Below, piece by piece: positions 11,691-21,354 of a stretch of DNA of 64,000 nt (the first letter of the stretch is position 1; each line of letters opens with the position of its first letter). The notes under the pieces are model-generated. The model had not been told where the DNA came from. It did not search any database and saw nothing but the letters and a program-made list of their open reading frames with translations. The stretch is taken from NCBI GenBank assembly GCA_004431415.1, contig QPMI01000536.1:18651-82650 (forward strand). Direction: 5' to 3'. This DNA is from Cyanophora paradoxa CCMP329 (lineage: Eukaryota > Plantae > Glaucophyta). The translations under genes were made by a program, and so were the position numbers.

Positions 11691-11715
11691 GTTATTTTGT
11701 CTCGTTAATAGTAAG

Positions 11716-12141
11716 ATGTGGCAATGGCTCCAACAATTGCTGGATATGTTTCATATACATGTGACCAGCAATTATAAATGTAGCTGTTGCGATACTACTA
11801 TTGACGTCAGCATTGGATCTTCCTCCCCAAGTGGATCCAGGAGGAACTCTTTGGATGTGGTGATGGGCAGGGCTGGCTCGCATGAGGGGCAAAGGGAAAG
11901 TTTGGAGCCTATTGGAGAGGTGAATGGCGCGGAATTGGTTGAGGCTGTAAATAACGCATTGGATGAGTACCAAGGGCAGCTACATGTTCAGGTTAGGCCT
12001 TCAACACCTGAAAGGGGGAACGTTTACGCATATGGGGATCACTATAGGGAGGCTCAAGACGCTTTCAGCGACGCGGTGATCAGGGCATACCATTTAAGGG
12101 AGCAGGTTGAACACATCACTGGCCATCAGGGAGGGTATTAA
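11716..12141 (+). CDS. Hypothetical viral protein with N-terminal amphipathic segment and CSCC motif
   Basis: ATG after an AT-rich leader; MWQWLQQLLDMFHIHVTSNYKCSCC. Confidence 0.5.
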   Translation: MWQWLQQLLDMFHIHVTSNYKCSCCDTTIDVSIGSSSPSGSRRNSLDVVMGRAGSHEGQRESLEPIGEVNGAELVEAVNNALDEYQGQLHVQVRPSTPERGNVYAYGDHYREAQDAFSDAVIRAYHLREQVEHITGHQGGY

Positions 12142-12352
12142 TCTCGTTTCCAAGCATGAGGAGATCGTTTGATATTTTTTGTAAAGCTGCTTTGATATGT
12201 GGAGACAGGGGGGCTATTCGATGACCAAGGTTGTACAGTTCTATAGAGACGCGATGTATGGAGTCACTCAATTCAGGGCTTGGAGACGTCAGCGCCAGAT
12301 GTGAGAGCTCAAAGGATATTTCTACAAGGCGAGTATGGATGGGAGTTGTCAT
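12116..12352 (-). CDS. Small helical hypothetical viral protein
   Basis: 78-aa ATG-initiated ORF converging on the previous gene. Confidence 0.4.
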   Translation of the reverse strand: MTTPIHTRLVEISFELSHLALTSPSPELSDSIHRVSIELYNLGHRIAPLSPHIKAALQKISNDLLMLGNEINTLPDGQ

Positions 12353-12684
12353 AATAATCTACTTTTAGGCAGCATAAAAATGCGAAAGGGGCATTTCTGC
12401 GTAGAGCTTGATGAGAGCTTCACAGGAAAAAAAAGAGCGCTCAAAACGGCCAATCTGGTGCCGAGATATTCGCGTTTGAAGTTCCTTAAGTGGCTCTAAT
12501 TGAAAGTTTTAGAAACATTCTTATAGAGCTCTATAAGGAAAAAGCCGCCTACTGCTGTACGGTAGGCGCGAGGGCTCTACCGGTAGGCGAGTAGGCAGGG
12601 CCCTACTGTTCTACCGCCGGCGGACTGTGCCTACCGGTCTGCGGTAGACACACGGGCTCGCCTACCACTGCGGTAGGCTGGCTC

Positions 12685-13352
12685 ATATATATGTATATGA
12701 TATATATGAAAAAAACCAAGTTTTGGTAAAAACTACAGCGCCGTTATCGCCATGACGCGGCGAGTCCGGAAAGCTATGTTATATATATATGTCATGTGAC
12801 ATTATGATATATCATATACATATATAACTATGGTATATACAAGTCGCTCAAATTTAAGTCATATAAGGTCTTATAAGAGTTGTCTTATATCTTATATGGT
12901 CTTTATAAGAATTCTTTTTCAAAATCTTATATGGTCTTATAAGATTTAATGTGCGTACTTTAGCTGGTACGCAGGCCACTGTGCGTACCGTAGCCCAGTA
13001 CGCAAGCCACTGTGCGTACCGTAGCGCAGTACGCAGGCCACTGTGCGTACCGTAGCGCAGTACGCAGGCCACTGTGCGTACCGTGGCGCAGTACGCAGGC
13101 CACTGTGCGTACCGTAGCGCAGTACGCAAGCCACTGTGCGTACCGTAGCGCAGTACGCAGGCCACTTTGCGTACCGTGGCTCAGTCCGCGCGAACGTACA
13201 TATGTATATGATATATATGAAAAAAAACACGTTTTCGCACTAACTACAGCGCCGTGATCGCCATGACGCGGCGAGTCTGGAAAGCTATGTTATATATATA
13301 TGTCATGTGACATCATAATATATCATATACATATATCATTATGGTATATATA
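12685..13352. repeat. ~155-bp imperfect direct repeats (about 12685-12840 and 13198-13352) flanking a tandem array
   Basis: Both copies read TATGTATATGATATATATGAAAAAAA...ACTACAGCGCCGT.ATCGCCATGACGCGGCGAGTC.GGAAAGCTATGTTATATATATATGTCATGTGACAT. Confidence 0.92.
12967..13180. repeat. 31-bp tandem repeat, ~7 copies
   Basis: Unit ACTGTGCGTACCGTAGCGCAGTACGCAGGCC starting at 12978, 13009, 13040, 13071, 13102, 13133 and 13164. Confidence 0.95.
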
Positions 13353-13523
13353 TGGTATATGCGAAACTGAAAATATTCGTAGCTCGTCACCAGATCATCG
13401 TAGGGCTATGATATTGGGGTCTATAAATATCTACTTTGTACGAGGAATCCAACGGTGATAGCGGCAAGGAGTGAATCGGCGAAATTGAAAAGAGGTTCTG
13501 GAATTTTATTTCAACCTTTCTCT

Positions 13524-13835
13524 CTATGTGGCACGTCGCTGTTCCAGCTTCTTGCGGAGACGGTCAGCAACAAGTATGGGGACATGACCCTTTTTGAATT
13601 CGCTGATCTTCTGCTGCTCACTAATAAATCCAGCACTAAGATAGCTTCTCTGTTGAGCCTTTCTTTGCCCCCTTGACATTTGGAAGAGGGATAATCCTCT
13701 TGCCCGAAGCCTCGCATCCAAAACCATGTCATCATGAATGGTTATTGGGGGCATTGACTGTCTCTTTTTCTCAATGGCTGTCTCAAGCTGAGCACTCATT
13801 TCATCATCTGGGATGGTAGTATTATTGTGGTTCAT
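13524..13835 (-). CDS. Small basic hypothetical viral protein
   Basis: 103-aa ATG-initiated ORF, with ACTTAAAGA about 30 nt upstream on the minus strand. Confidence 0.5.
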   Translation of the reverse strand: MNHNNTTIPDDEMSAQLETAIEKKRQSMPPITIHDDMVLDARLRARGLSLFQMSRGQRKAQQRSYLSAGFISEQQKISEFKKGHVPILVADRLRKKLEQRRAT

Positions 13836-13919
13836 GGCTCCTATTTGGTATACTATACCAAGATGTCTTTAAGTGGTGTTGGGGAGGTCCTGAACAACCA
13901 AAAGGCAGGAAGGCAGGGG

Positions 13920-14060
13920 AGGTAGGGCAGGTAGGGCAGAAAAAGTGCCCTAATCGAAAAAAATTTCTCAATGGCCAATCTTCGTTTTTTAAAAACACAA
14001 ACTCAACTTCTATAAATTTTTTTCGATTAGGGCACTTTTTCTGCCCTACCTGCCCTACCT
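13920..14060. repeat. Perfect 47-bp inverted repeat immediately 3' of the primase-helicase gene
   Basis: AGGTAGGGCAGGTAGGGCAGAAAAAGTGCCCTAATCGAAAAAAATTT at 13920-13966; its reverse complement at 14014-14060. Confidence 0.95.
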
Positions 14061-14066
14061 TCCCCC

Positions 14067-16418
14067 TTACTCATCTACATCCTCCAAAGACATCAATTTT
14101 ACCCCACTGAAACCTCTAACACCAGAGGATATACCTTTCTTCTGTCCTATATGTTTCTCATACTTAGCACCCATTCTCTCCAGCCTATCTCTAACCTTGC
14201 TTACAGTAATGTTGAGCCTCTTGCTTCTGATAAATCTTGTAACATCATCATTTGTGATGGTATCATCCCTGTCCCCTGTAATGATGAAGAACTCCTTCAT
14301 GATCAGCAGTTCATCACCACCTTCCAACCTGTAGTTCTTGATGTCCTCCAAAACCCTTCCATATGGCTCAAATTTCTTGGGTTTGTAGGCTTGGAACAGC
14401 TCATACATATAGGCATTCATGATGTCCTCCTGTTGGCACAACATCTTGATATCATCCCTTGCCAACTTGAGGAATGGCAGCTGGAGGGCATCCAATGTCT
14501 CTTGTGAGGCGAATTTATTTGGATGTTTGATAACCACCATATTCTCATAAGCATCAGCAGGTGACATCTGTGTGAGATCATTACACATCATATACAACCC
14601 ACTTTGAACCTTAAAATTAACCTCATCTCTGTAATTCTTTCTGGCACATAGGGTATCACCACCACTCACAAACTTCTTGATCATGTTGCCATTAATCTTG
14701 ATGTTCTTGTCTTCAACATCAATTGTCATCTCTTGAGTGAATGTAAGCCTGGCAAATTCGCTATCCAGCATCCAAGACAGCTTCTTTTGCTCATCTCCAT
14801 GTCCAGTTCTTGACATCAGGAAGTTTTCACTATTTACTGTCTTGACATATCCATGCCCAAATGTAGCTTCATTTAGGCAAACACTCACACCCTTTCCACA
14901 ATCTCTCTCACCAACACTCACCCCCCATAGCTTGTCACCCACTTTTCCAGCCATCATTCTGGAGATCAGCCCAAGGTACTGGGGAGCTGCTTCCTCTCCA
15001 AAAATTGGATTAAGAATCACATTATAGAGAGTGTCCAAAGCCTCAGTAGATGGTATCTTGATGGAACCATCTTCATGGACTGGAAAATCTCTTTCTACCC
15101 TCACACAGGTCATAACCTCAGGGCAGACATCATAGGGTTTAAATTGCTTGGATGAGAAATCATAGACACCATTCCTGAAGCAAAGCTTCCCATTGGTGGA
15201 TTCCCACATATCCTTGACGAAAGTAGGGGAGTCTACAAGCTTGGCAAGGGTTGCCTCAATGATGTGTTTGGCCTGAGCCACATTCCCACTGTAAGGTTCC
15301 TCCTGCCCCATTGGGCCCAACTTACATATGTTGGATGTCAGTGCCATCCTCATTAGAGTGCTTTCAACCTGCTTCTTGTTTTCAGTCCACAGGTTGTCAG
15401 TCTTGACAAAGACCCTCCCCTCACACTTCTTGACAATGTGCTTGATGTCATCCATGAAAAGCTGTGAGGCCTCATTGTCATCTTTGGCAAATCTGGCAGG
15501 GGCACCATCCTCAACATCTTCAAGATCAGGAGGCACTTGGAATCCTGACATCATGTGCTTGATGATGAGATCTACCTTGTAGCCTGTCTGGGCTTGAATG
15601 TAGATGGAGGCATCCTTGAGGCAGCTGATGATCTTTGGATCTTGGCGCACCATACACCCATCAAAGACCAGCACATCAACCTGAAGGCCAATGGAGCTGA
15701 AGTACTCACACATTGCCATTAGAACTGTGTTCTCCAGAGAGCAGAGCAGCATGTTCATGGTAGAGCCAAGAACATTAAAGTTGTTCTCCTTCTTCCTCTT
15801 GGCAATGGCATGGAATTTGACCTCCTTTGTGGCCACCAGTTGATGGATGTTCACAATCTCAGCTTTGAGATCAGTGAACCACTTGTGACCTTCCAATTGC
15901 TTGGAAATGTCTCTTCCAGCACCTCCATTGATGATGCTGAGGAGACTCTGCTTACAGGTTTCCTTGTCCTCTCCACTAATTGAGCAGATCTCATCCAGAA
16001 TTTGTGCTCTATTCTGGACATAGCTGAGGAGGGTAGGACAGGCAATACCATTTTTCTGGCAGTACTGAAGCAGCAGCACAGGGTGACAGTTCACAATGTC
16101 AATATCCTCATAGAAATCCCTTGAGATGGTGTGGCGAATTTCCCTACAAATGCCTTGGAGACTGGGGTGCTTTTCACCCACAAAGTACCTCCCAGTGTTG
16201 TGTTTGGCCTGTTTGTAGGTACAGGTGTGGGATCCATTGGCAGATGTCTCCTTGTAGAGCTTTTTGGCCAGTGTCTTGGTCTGGGTCTTGTCAGTACAAG
16301 CCCTGAATTGAAGCTTCTCAAAATTCTCCAGCACCCACCTGAGCTTAGCTTTGTGGATGCGCTCAGTGAGAGTGAAAGTGTGGCCATTGGGGTTGGTTGA
16401 GCTGAATGAGGGAGCCAT
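14067..16418 (-). CDS. TVpol (PolA-like primase-polymerase) fused to a D5-like superfamily 3 helicase
   Basis: N-terminal GRYF, DIDIVNCHP, K..LLSIINGG and LVFDGCMV. D5_N-like LCFRNGVYD. Walker A GERDCGKG, IKKFVSGGD, motif C MMCND. Confidence 0.85.
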   Translation of the reverse strand: MAPSFSSTNPNGHTFTLTERIHKAKLRWVLENFEKLQFRACTDKTQTKTLAKKLYKETSANGSHTCTYKQAKHNTGRYFVGEKHPSLQGICREIRHTISRDFYEDIDIVNCHPVLLLQYCQKNGIACPTLLSYVQNRAQILDEICSISGEDKETCKQSLLSIINGGAGRDISKQLEGHKWFTDLKAEIVNIHQLVATKEVKFHAIAKRKKENNFNVLGSTMNMLLCSLENTVLMAMCEYFSSIGLQVDVLVFDGCMVRQDPKIISCLKDASIYIQAQTGYKVDLIIKHMMSGFQVPPDLEDVEDGAPARFAKDDNEASQLFMDDIKHIVKKCEGRVFVKTDNLWTENKKQVESTLMRMALTSNICKLGPMGQEEPYSGNVAQAKHIIEATLAKLVDSPTFVKDMWESTNGKLCFRNGVYDFSSKQFKPYDVCPEVMTCVRVERDFPVHEDGSIKIPSTEALDTLYNVILNPIFGEEAAPQYLGLISRMMAGKVGDKLWGVSVGERDCGKGVSVCLNEATFGHGYVKTVNSENFLMSRTGHGDEQKKLSWMLDSEFARLTFTQEMTIDVEDKNIKINGNMIKKFVSGGDTLCARKNYRDEVNFKVQSGLYMMCNDLTQMSPADAYENMVVIKHPNKFASQETLDALQLPFLKLARDDIKMLCQQEDIMNAYMYELFQAYKPKKFEPYGRVLEDIKNYRLEGGDELLIMKEFFIITGDRDDTITNDDVTRFIRSKRLNITVSKVRDRLERMGAKYEKHIGQKKGISSGVRGFSGVKLMSLEDVDE

Positions 16419-16493
16419 TCTACAATAGGGGTGAGATAATTATTTCAGTGAACTATACCCTTAAGTACTTTTCGAAAAAAGGAGTAACTCAAA

Positions 16494-16501
16494 TCAATTT
16501 T
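16494..16501 (-). promoter_or_regulatory. AAAATTGA motif (Mimiviridae-type early promoter) ~75 nt upstream of the primase-helicase ATG
   Basis: TCAATTTT on + at 16494-16501, in the intergenic region, followed toward the ATG by ACTTAAG on the minus strand. Confidence 0.55.
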
Positions 16502-16532
16502 TCGGACCCCCCTCCCCCCTGCCCCCTCCCCC

Positions 16533-16724
16533 TCACACATAGGGATCCCGCTTTCTCGGCCGCCCCCTCCTATCCGGGGTCGCCTCCTCAAACAGATACC
16601 TAATACACAGGAGAGCCCCAGCCTTGTATGTGCTGACCCTCACGTATTTTTTGTGGAGCTCGCGAAACTCTGGATCGTTTTGGATCCTGCGCCTGATGTA
16701 CCTCATTTGCTTGGTGTACGCCAT
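16533..16724 (-). CDS. Small basic protein with AT-hook (RRGRPRK)
   Basis: MAYTKQMRYIRRRIQNDPEFRE...RRGRPRKR. Confidence 0.5.
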   Translation of the reverse strand: MAYTKQMRYIRRRIQNDPEFRELHKKYVRVSTYKAGALLCIRYLFEEATPDRRGRPRKRDPYV

Positions 16725-16872
16725 TGCTTGATGTGTTCCCCTTATAGTATAGTTGAGATTTCTTTTTAAATAGGGGTCGCGGGGTTTATTCTCATTGAGC
16801 GCTGCGAATTGTCCACAATATAAACATTTAAAGATTATTTTCGTACCTAGATATAAGTACAACCCCCCAACC

Positions 16873-19800
16873 ATGCCCCGCCCCAGCCACTACCAAATTA
16901 AGGAGCTTCAGGACAAGATTCTCGGGAATCTGGCGTTCCTTCTGGCCAATCACTCCATCAGTGAAAGTGAATATGAATCTTATATTAAACAGACCAACAA
17001 GAAGCTCAAAGGGCTTCAAGCTCTCAATCGAGAGCTATTAGGGAAAATCGACGCCCTTGATGAGACTGATCGCCTTGGCCACATTCAAGTCGAACAAACT
17101 ACCACAACTCAAGTCAGAGGAGATGAATACACTACCTTAATAAATGAACATCGTGCTCTTAATAATAAATACATTGATTTCACGATCAGGGCTCACCACC
17201 AGATCCTGACCACTCAAGAGTTTATAGACACCTACTCTGAGGAACTCCACACAAGGCTCCAAGATGCCATCAATTCACAGATGTCGATTAAAACTCGCTT
17301 TACGTTTGTCTGTCGCTTTTCAAAAGCAAACAATTCGAGAGATTTTATTACCAAGCACATTTACAGCACCTATGCTATCATGACAAGATCTCGAACCCTC
17401 ACTAAAGAAACTGCGAAATTAGCTAAGGAATGCCAATCGCAAATTAATGTCACAGACAGCTATAAACTCCAAAGCATTGAGGCTTTGAGAGTGATTGTTC
17501 TGTCCTTTAAACCCATCTCAGGAGGTGCTTTTATCCCACTCCCAGAGTGGCTCAAAAATAAAAGAGCCATTGTCAATGTTAATAACAAGGACAATAGGTG
17601 TTTTGAATACTCCATCCTGAGCTATATTCACAAGGACGAAGTAAATAGCCACAAGCGCAATGAGACTTCCCAATACAGGAGGTGGTTCAGAAAAGAACTA
17701 AATTTCGAGGGCATTGAGTTTCCTGTAAAGGCAGATGCTGATACTATTGATCTCTTTGAAAATCTCAATCCAGCAATCTCTGTTAATATTTACGACCCCT
17801 CTAACTCTACAGAAGAAATTAATCTACTCCACAACAGCTCCTCAAGGAACAGGAAACACCAAGTGGATCTGCTGCTAATTACAGACGAAAATGGTAACAG
17901 TCATTATACCACAATATTCAGCATGTCCAGAGTCTTAGCTAAAAATGATAAGCAGCGACTCCATTTCTGTAAAACCTGTTCCAACCACTTCAAGACTGAG
18001 GAGAAGCTTCAATCCCACATTCAAAGCAAACGTTGTGTGGATTGGAAGACGAGTGCTGGAGAGACCCCAAAACAACCCACATTCATTGAATTTGGTCTTA
18101 AACATCTCTCAAAGACTGTATTCCTCCCCGTGATTGCCTATTGCTATTTCGATTATGAAACAGATATTTCTGGTATGTTCAAGATCAAATCAATCTCACT
18201 GACAGCTCTTCATAATAATAGAGTAGTACTCACTAAAACCCACTCCAACATCTTTGAGCTCCTGAGTACCCTCGACAGCACAGCACCAGAGCTATTCAAA
18301 GCCCTATTTACCAACATCCCAATGTCACTGACCAAAGAGCAGAAACGTACCCATTACCTTGCTAAAACCTGCTACATCTGCCAAGGTGATTTCACCCAAG
18401 ACAATTATAAAGTGAGGGATCACGACCACCAAACTGGCGATTTTGTAGGCACTGCTTGTCGCAAATGTAATCTCCACAGACGCACCAGCAATCTCACCAA
18501 GATTCCCATAGTGACCAATGATCTGTCCCTATCTGGAACGCAGATATTCAAGGCAGTCGCCTTAAATCCCGAAAAAAGGGTGGAAGTCCTCGCGAAATCG
18601 TTTGACAACTACATGTCGATCACTTGGGGTTGCTTTAAATTCATTGACATCAAAAACTTTATTGATTATGGCGTCCAGAATGTCAATGACCTTCAAGAAA
18701 AGTTCCAGCTTTTCCGCCAGAAATCACACAAAACTTTTGGGATGGACGCTGCCCACTATGTCTCAAGTCCAGGGCTTTCGTGGGACAGCATGCTATCGAT
18801 TACCAAGCCCAAAATCGAACTCCTCTCCAACCTTGATATGTACAACATGGTTGAAGGCATGATCAGGGGAGGCCTTTCGATTATGAATCATAAATATGCC
18901 AAAAAGGAAAGGGACAGACACATTATATATTTGGATGCCAATAACCTATATGGATATGCCCTGTCCCAAAAGCTACCCCTCTCGAATTTCCAATGGCACC
19001 CAGAACCCTCAAATTACGACCTGTCATCAGCAGAGGGGGCCATCTTAGAAGTTGACATCCATTATCCCCAGCACCTCCATCAACTCCACAAAGAACTGCC
19101 TCTTGTCATCAAGAGAACAGAAGATGGGCTACAAGCAGCCTGCGAAGACATATCCAACTTTGTGGTGTCGAAACCTTTGCTCCAATTCATGGTAGCACAA
19201 GGCTTAAAGGTCACCAAAATCCACAGGGTGCTAACATTTACTGAGGCTGCCTTTATGAAGCCCTACGTCGAATCCAATGCCCAAAACCGCAGAGCAGCCC
19301 CTTCCAAACCCGAAAAGGACTTCTTTAAAATCATGAACAATAGCCTTTTCGGCAAAACCATTGAGAAAGTGAGAGGAAGGTCTAATGTCAAGATTGCCAC
19401 CAACGAAAAGCAATTTATGAAATACGCCAGATCGCCCCTACTCAAAGCAGAAACAAGACTAAGCGATTCAGCAGTAGCCTTCGAAATGCTACAGAAAGAT
19501 GTCAAGTTAGATAAGCCCATAGCAATTGGTGCGTTTGTATTGGATCTTGCCAAGCTGCGCCTATTTGATTATTATTATAACACCATCAAGCGGAAATGGC
19601 CAGACTGTAAACTGCTTTTTACTGATACAGATTCGCTTTGCCTTCAAATAAATTCGAAAACTATAGCAAAAGACCTACAAGACATTGACACCCACCCCAC
19701 AGAGCTTGGCAAGTTCAAAGATGAGTTTGAGGGCAGAACCATTACTGAATATGCTGGGGTAAGGCCGAAATGTTACAGCATTAAAACAGATGATGAGGAA

Positions 19801-19968
19801 ATAAAAAAACTGGCAGGTGTTTGTAAGGAGACCATTCAAACAGATCTGTCTTTCCAAGATTATAAAGACTATGTGCTCCACCAAAAACCCAAGCAAATCG
19901 AAATGACTGTCCAAAAGAAGCTTGAAAATGAGACCTTCAATGTGAAGATGTCAAAGATTGCTTTCTAA
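16873..19968 (+). CDS. Protein-primed family B DNA polymerase (Polinton type) with endonuclease-VII-like insert
   Basis: Polymerase motifs YLDANNLYG, KIMNNSLFGK, FTDTDSL, GKFKDE, RPKCYS. Insert CYIC...VRDHDHQTG...ACRKCN. N-terminal NKDNRCF...HYTT region. Confidence 0.93.
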   Translation: MPRPSHYQIKELQDKILGNLAFLLANHSISESEYESYIKQTNKKLKGLQALNRELLGKIDALDETDRLGHIQVEQTTTTQVRGDEYTTLINEHRALNNKYIDFTIRAHHQILTTQEFIDTYSEELHTRLQDAINSQMSIKTRFTFVCRFSKANNSRDFITKHIYSTYAIMTRSRTLTKETAKLAKECQSQINVTDSYKLQSIEALRVIVLSFKPISGGAFIPLPEWLKNKRAIVNVNNKDNRCFEYSILSYIHKDEVNSHKRNETSQYRRWFRKELNFEGIEFPVKADADTIDLFENLNPAISVNIYDPSNSTEEINLLHNSSSRNRKHQVDLLLITDENGNSHYTTIFSMSRVLAKNDKQRLHFCKTCSNHFKTEEKLQSHIQSKRCVDWKTSAGETPKQPTFIEFGLKHLSKTVFLPVIAYCYFDYETDISGMFKIKSISLTALHNNRVVLTKTHSNIFELLSTLDSTAPELFKALFTNIPMSLTKEQKRTHYLAKTCYICQGDFTQDNYKVRDHDHQTGDFVGTACRKCNLHRRTSNLTKIPIVTNDLSLSGTQIFKAVALNPEKRVEVLAKSFDNYMSITWGCFKFIDIKNFIDYGVQNVNDLQEKFQLFRQKSHKTFGMDAAHYVSSPGLSWDSMLSITKPKIELLSNLDMYNMVEGMIRGGLSIMNHKYAKKERDRHIIYLDANNLYGYALSQKLPLSNFQWHPEPSNYDLSSAEGAILEVDIHYPQHLHQLHKELPLVIKRTEDGLQAACEDISNFVVSKPLLQFMVAQGLKVTKIHRVLTFTEAAFMKPYVESNAQNRRAAPSKPEKDFFKIMNNSLFGKTIEKVRGRSNVKIATNEKQFMKYARSPLLKAETRLSDSAVAFEMLQKDVKLDKPIAIGAFVLDLAKLRLFDYYYNTIKRKWPDCKLLFTDTDSLCLQINSKTIAKDLQDIDTHPTELGKFKDEFEGRTITEYAGVRPKCYSIKTDDEEIKKLAGVCKETIQTDLSFQDYKDYVLHQKPKQIEMTVQKKLENETFNVKMSKIAF

Positions 19969-19979
19969 TCCCAATATAG

Positions 19980-21347
19980 ATGTCATCAAAGATCACACGC
20001 AGACAAACAGAGTACGATGTGAGTATATTGCCAATCCCAATCCCTCAAGAGGAGAGAGGGGGTCGCATTCAGAAAAAGAGTGACCTCAAAGCTTTAGTTC
20101 CTGCGGATATCCCAACTGCCATTGTTGTGCCCCACTTGGATCCCTTAGCAAGGACATTCTATGACACCAAGGTAGGATTTAAAGGCCTTGCTTCATTGGC
20201 CAAAGAGCTTCCAGATGTGCCAAGAAAGACAATCCGTAGATTCTATGATGCCCAAGAAATCAACCAGATAAATAAACCCCTCCCATCTGCCAAGAAGACT
20301 GCCTATATCCCAATAAGACAGCCACTCGACTGCTATGCCATAGACCTAATCTTTTATCCTTCGTACAGCAAACAGAATCAAGGCTACAACACGTTCCTCA
20401 CAGCTGTAGAAAATACCACCAGACTGGGCTTTATAATTCCCATGAGGGGAAAGACAGCAGAAAGCACATTGAACGCATTTAAGGAGCTTGAGCAACAAGT
20501 CCCTCGTCCAATTGTGAAGATACAAAGTGATGCTGGGAGCGAATTCCTGAACAAGGTATTTAAAGACCATTTAGAAACCCAGATGATTGAGCACCAAGTT
20601 TCGCAGGTTGGAGATCACAATAGCCAAGGCCGAATAGAAGCCTTTAATCGCACAATAAAGAAGCTAATTAACTCGTATTGTATAGCGAATAATACTGTAA
20701 AGTTTTTCGACAAGCTCCAAGATTTTGCCTACAACTACAATAATACCATCCACTCAGCAACGGGGATGAAACCAGCAGAGACCACAGAGGTACATGTTCC
20801 TCTAATACTCGGAAAAGAAAACGAGAAATTCATGAAGTCAATTGAATATCTAAAAGACTATCCAGCAGGGAGCCACGTGAGAACTAAAATAGAGAAGAGC
20901 CCATTTGCCAAACAAGGGAATAATTGGAGCCGCGAAATATTCACAATAGAAGGAGTGGAGGGGTTCAAATTTAAACTAAGGGACATTTCTGGCAAACTAA
21001 TAGATCGACTTTATGCCCACTACGAATTACAGAAAGTGGAAACCGTGGAGTTCTTGGAGGCGCCATCAATAAATGTCATTGAAGAGGCAAAGAAAGAGGC
21101 CAGAACAGAGCGACTTTTGGCCAGAGAGGGGATTGAGAGGGCGCCAAACGTGCCAGATAAACCATTATTGGAGGACAGAGCAGGGAAGAAGAAGAAACAA
21201 GGGAGAGAGTTGGAGAGATTGAGGGTGGCGGGAACAGAGAGATTAGCAGGGGGAGCAGAGGCAGTAAGGTGGTATAGAGATTTCTCGAATTCAAAGGAGA
21301 CCTATGAAGCTCCAGCAATTTCCACGAGATCAAGGAGGAGGGCGTAG
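19980..21347 (+). CDS. Retroviral-like (rve, c-integrase) DDE integrase
   Basis: AIDLIF, IQSDAGSEF and QGRIEAFNRTIK form the D-D-E triad; also YNNTIHSATGMKP and NWSREIFTI. No chromodomain. Confidence 0.93.
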   Translation: MSSKITRRQTEYDVSILPIPIPQEERGGRIQKKSDLKALVPADIPTAIVVPHLDPLARTFYDTKVGFKGLASLAKELPDVPRKTIRRFYDAQEINQINKPLPSAKKTAYIPIRQPLDCYAIDLIFYPSYSKQNQGYNTFLTAVENTTRLGFIIPMRGKTAESTLNAFKELEQQVPRPIVKIQSDAGSEFLNKVFKDHLETQMIEHQVSQVGDHNSQGRIEAFNRTIKKLINSYCIANNTVKFFDKLQDFAYNYNNTIHSATGMKPAETTEVHVPLILGKENEKFMKSIEYLKDYPAGSHVRTKIEKSPFAKQGNNWSREIFTIEGVEGFKFKLRDISGKLIDRLYAHYELQKVETVEFLEAPSINVIEEAKKEARTERLLAREGIERAPNVPDKPLLEDRAGKKKKQGRELERLRVAGTERLAGGAEAVRWYRDFSNSKETYEAPAISTRSRRRA

Positions 21348-21354
21348 AGTAGAG

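Noticed and set aside
12967-13180. Possible CRISPR array
   Set aside because: The 31-bp units are contiguous with no unique spacers, and there are no cas genes.
12854-13257. ORFs over the 31-bp array
   Set aside because: Repeat-derived periodic translations on both strands.
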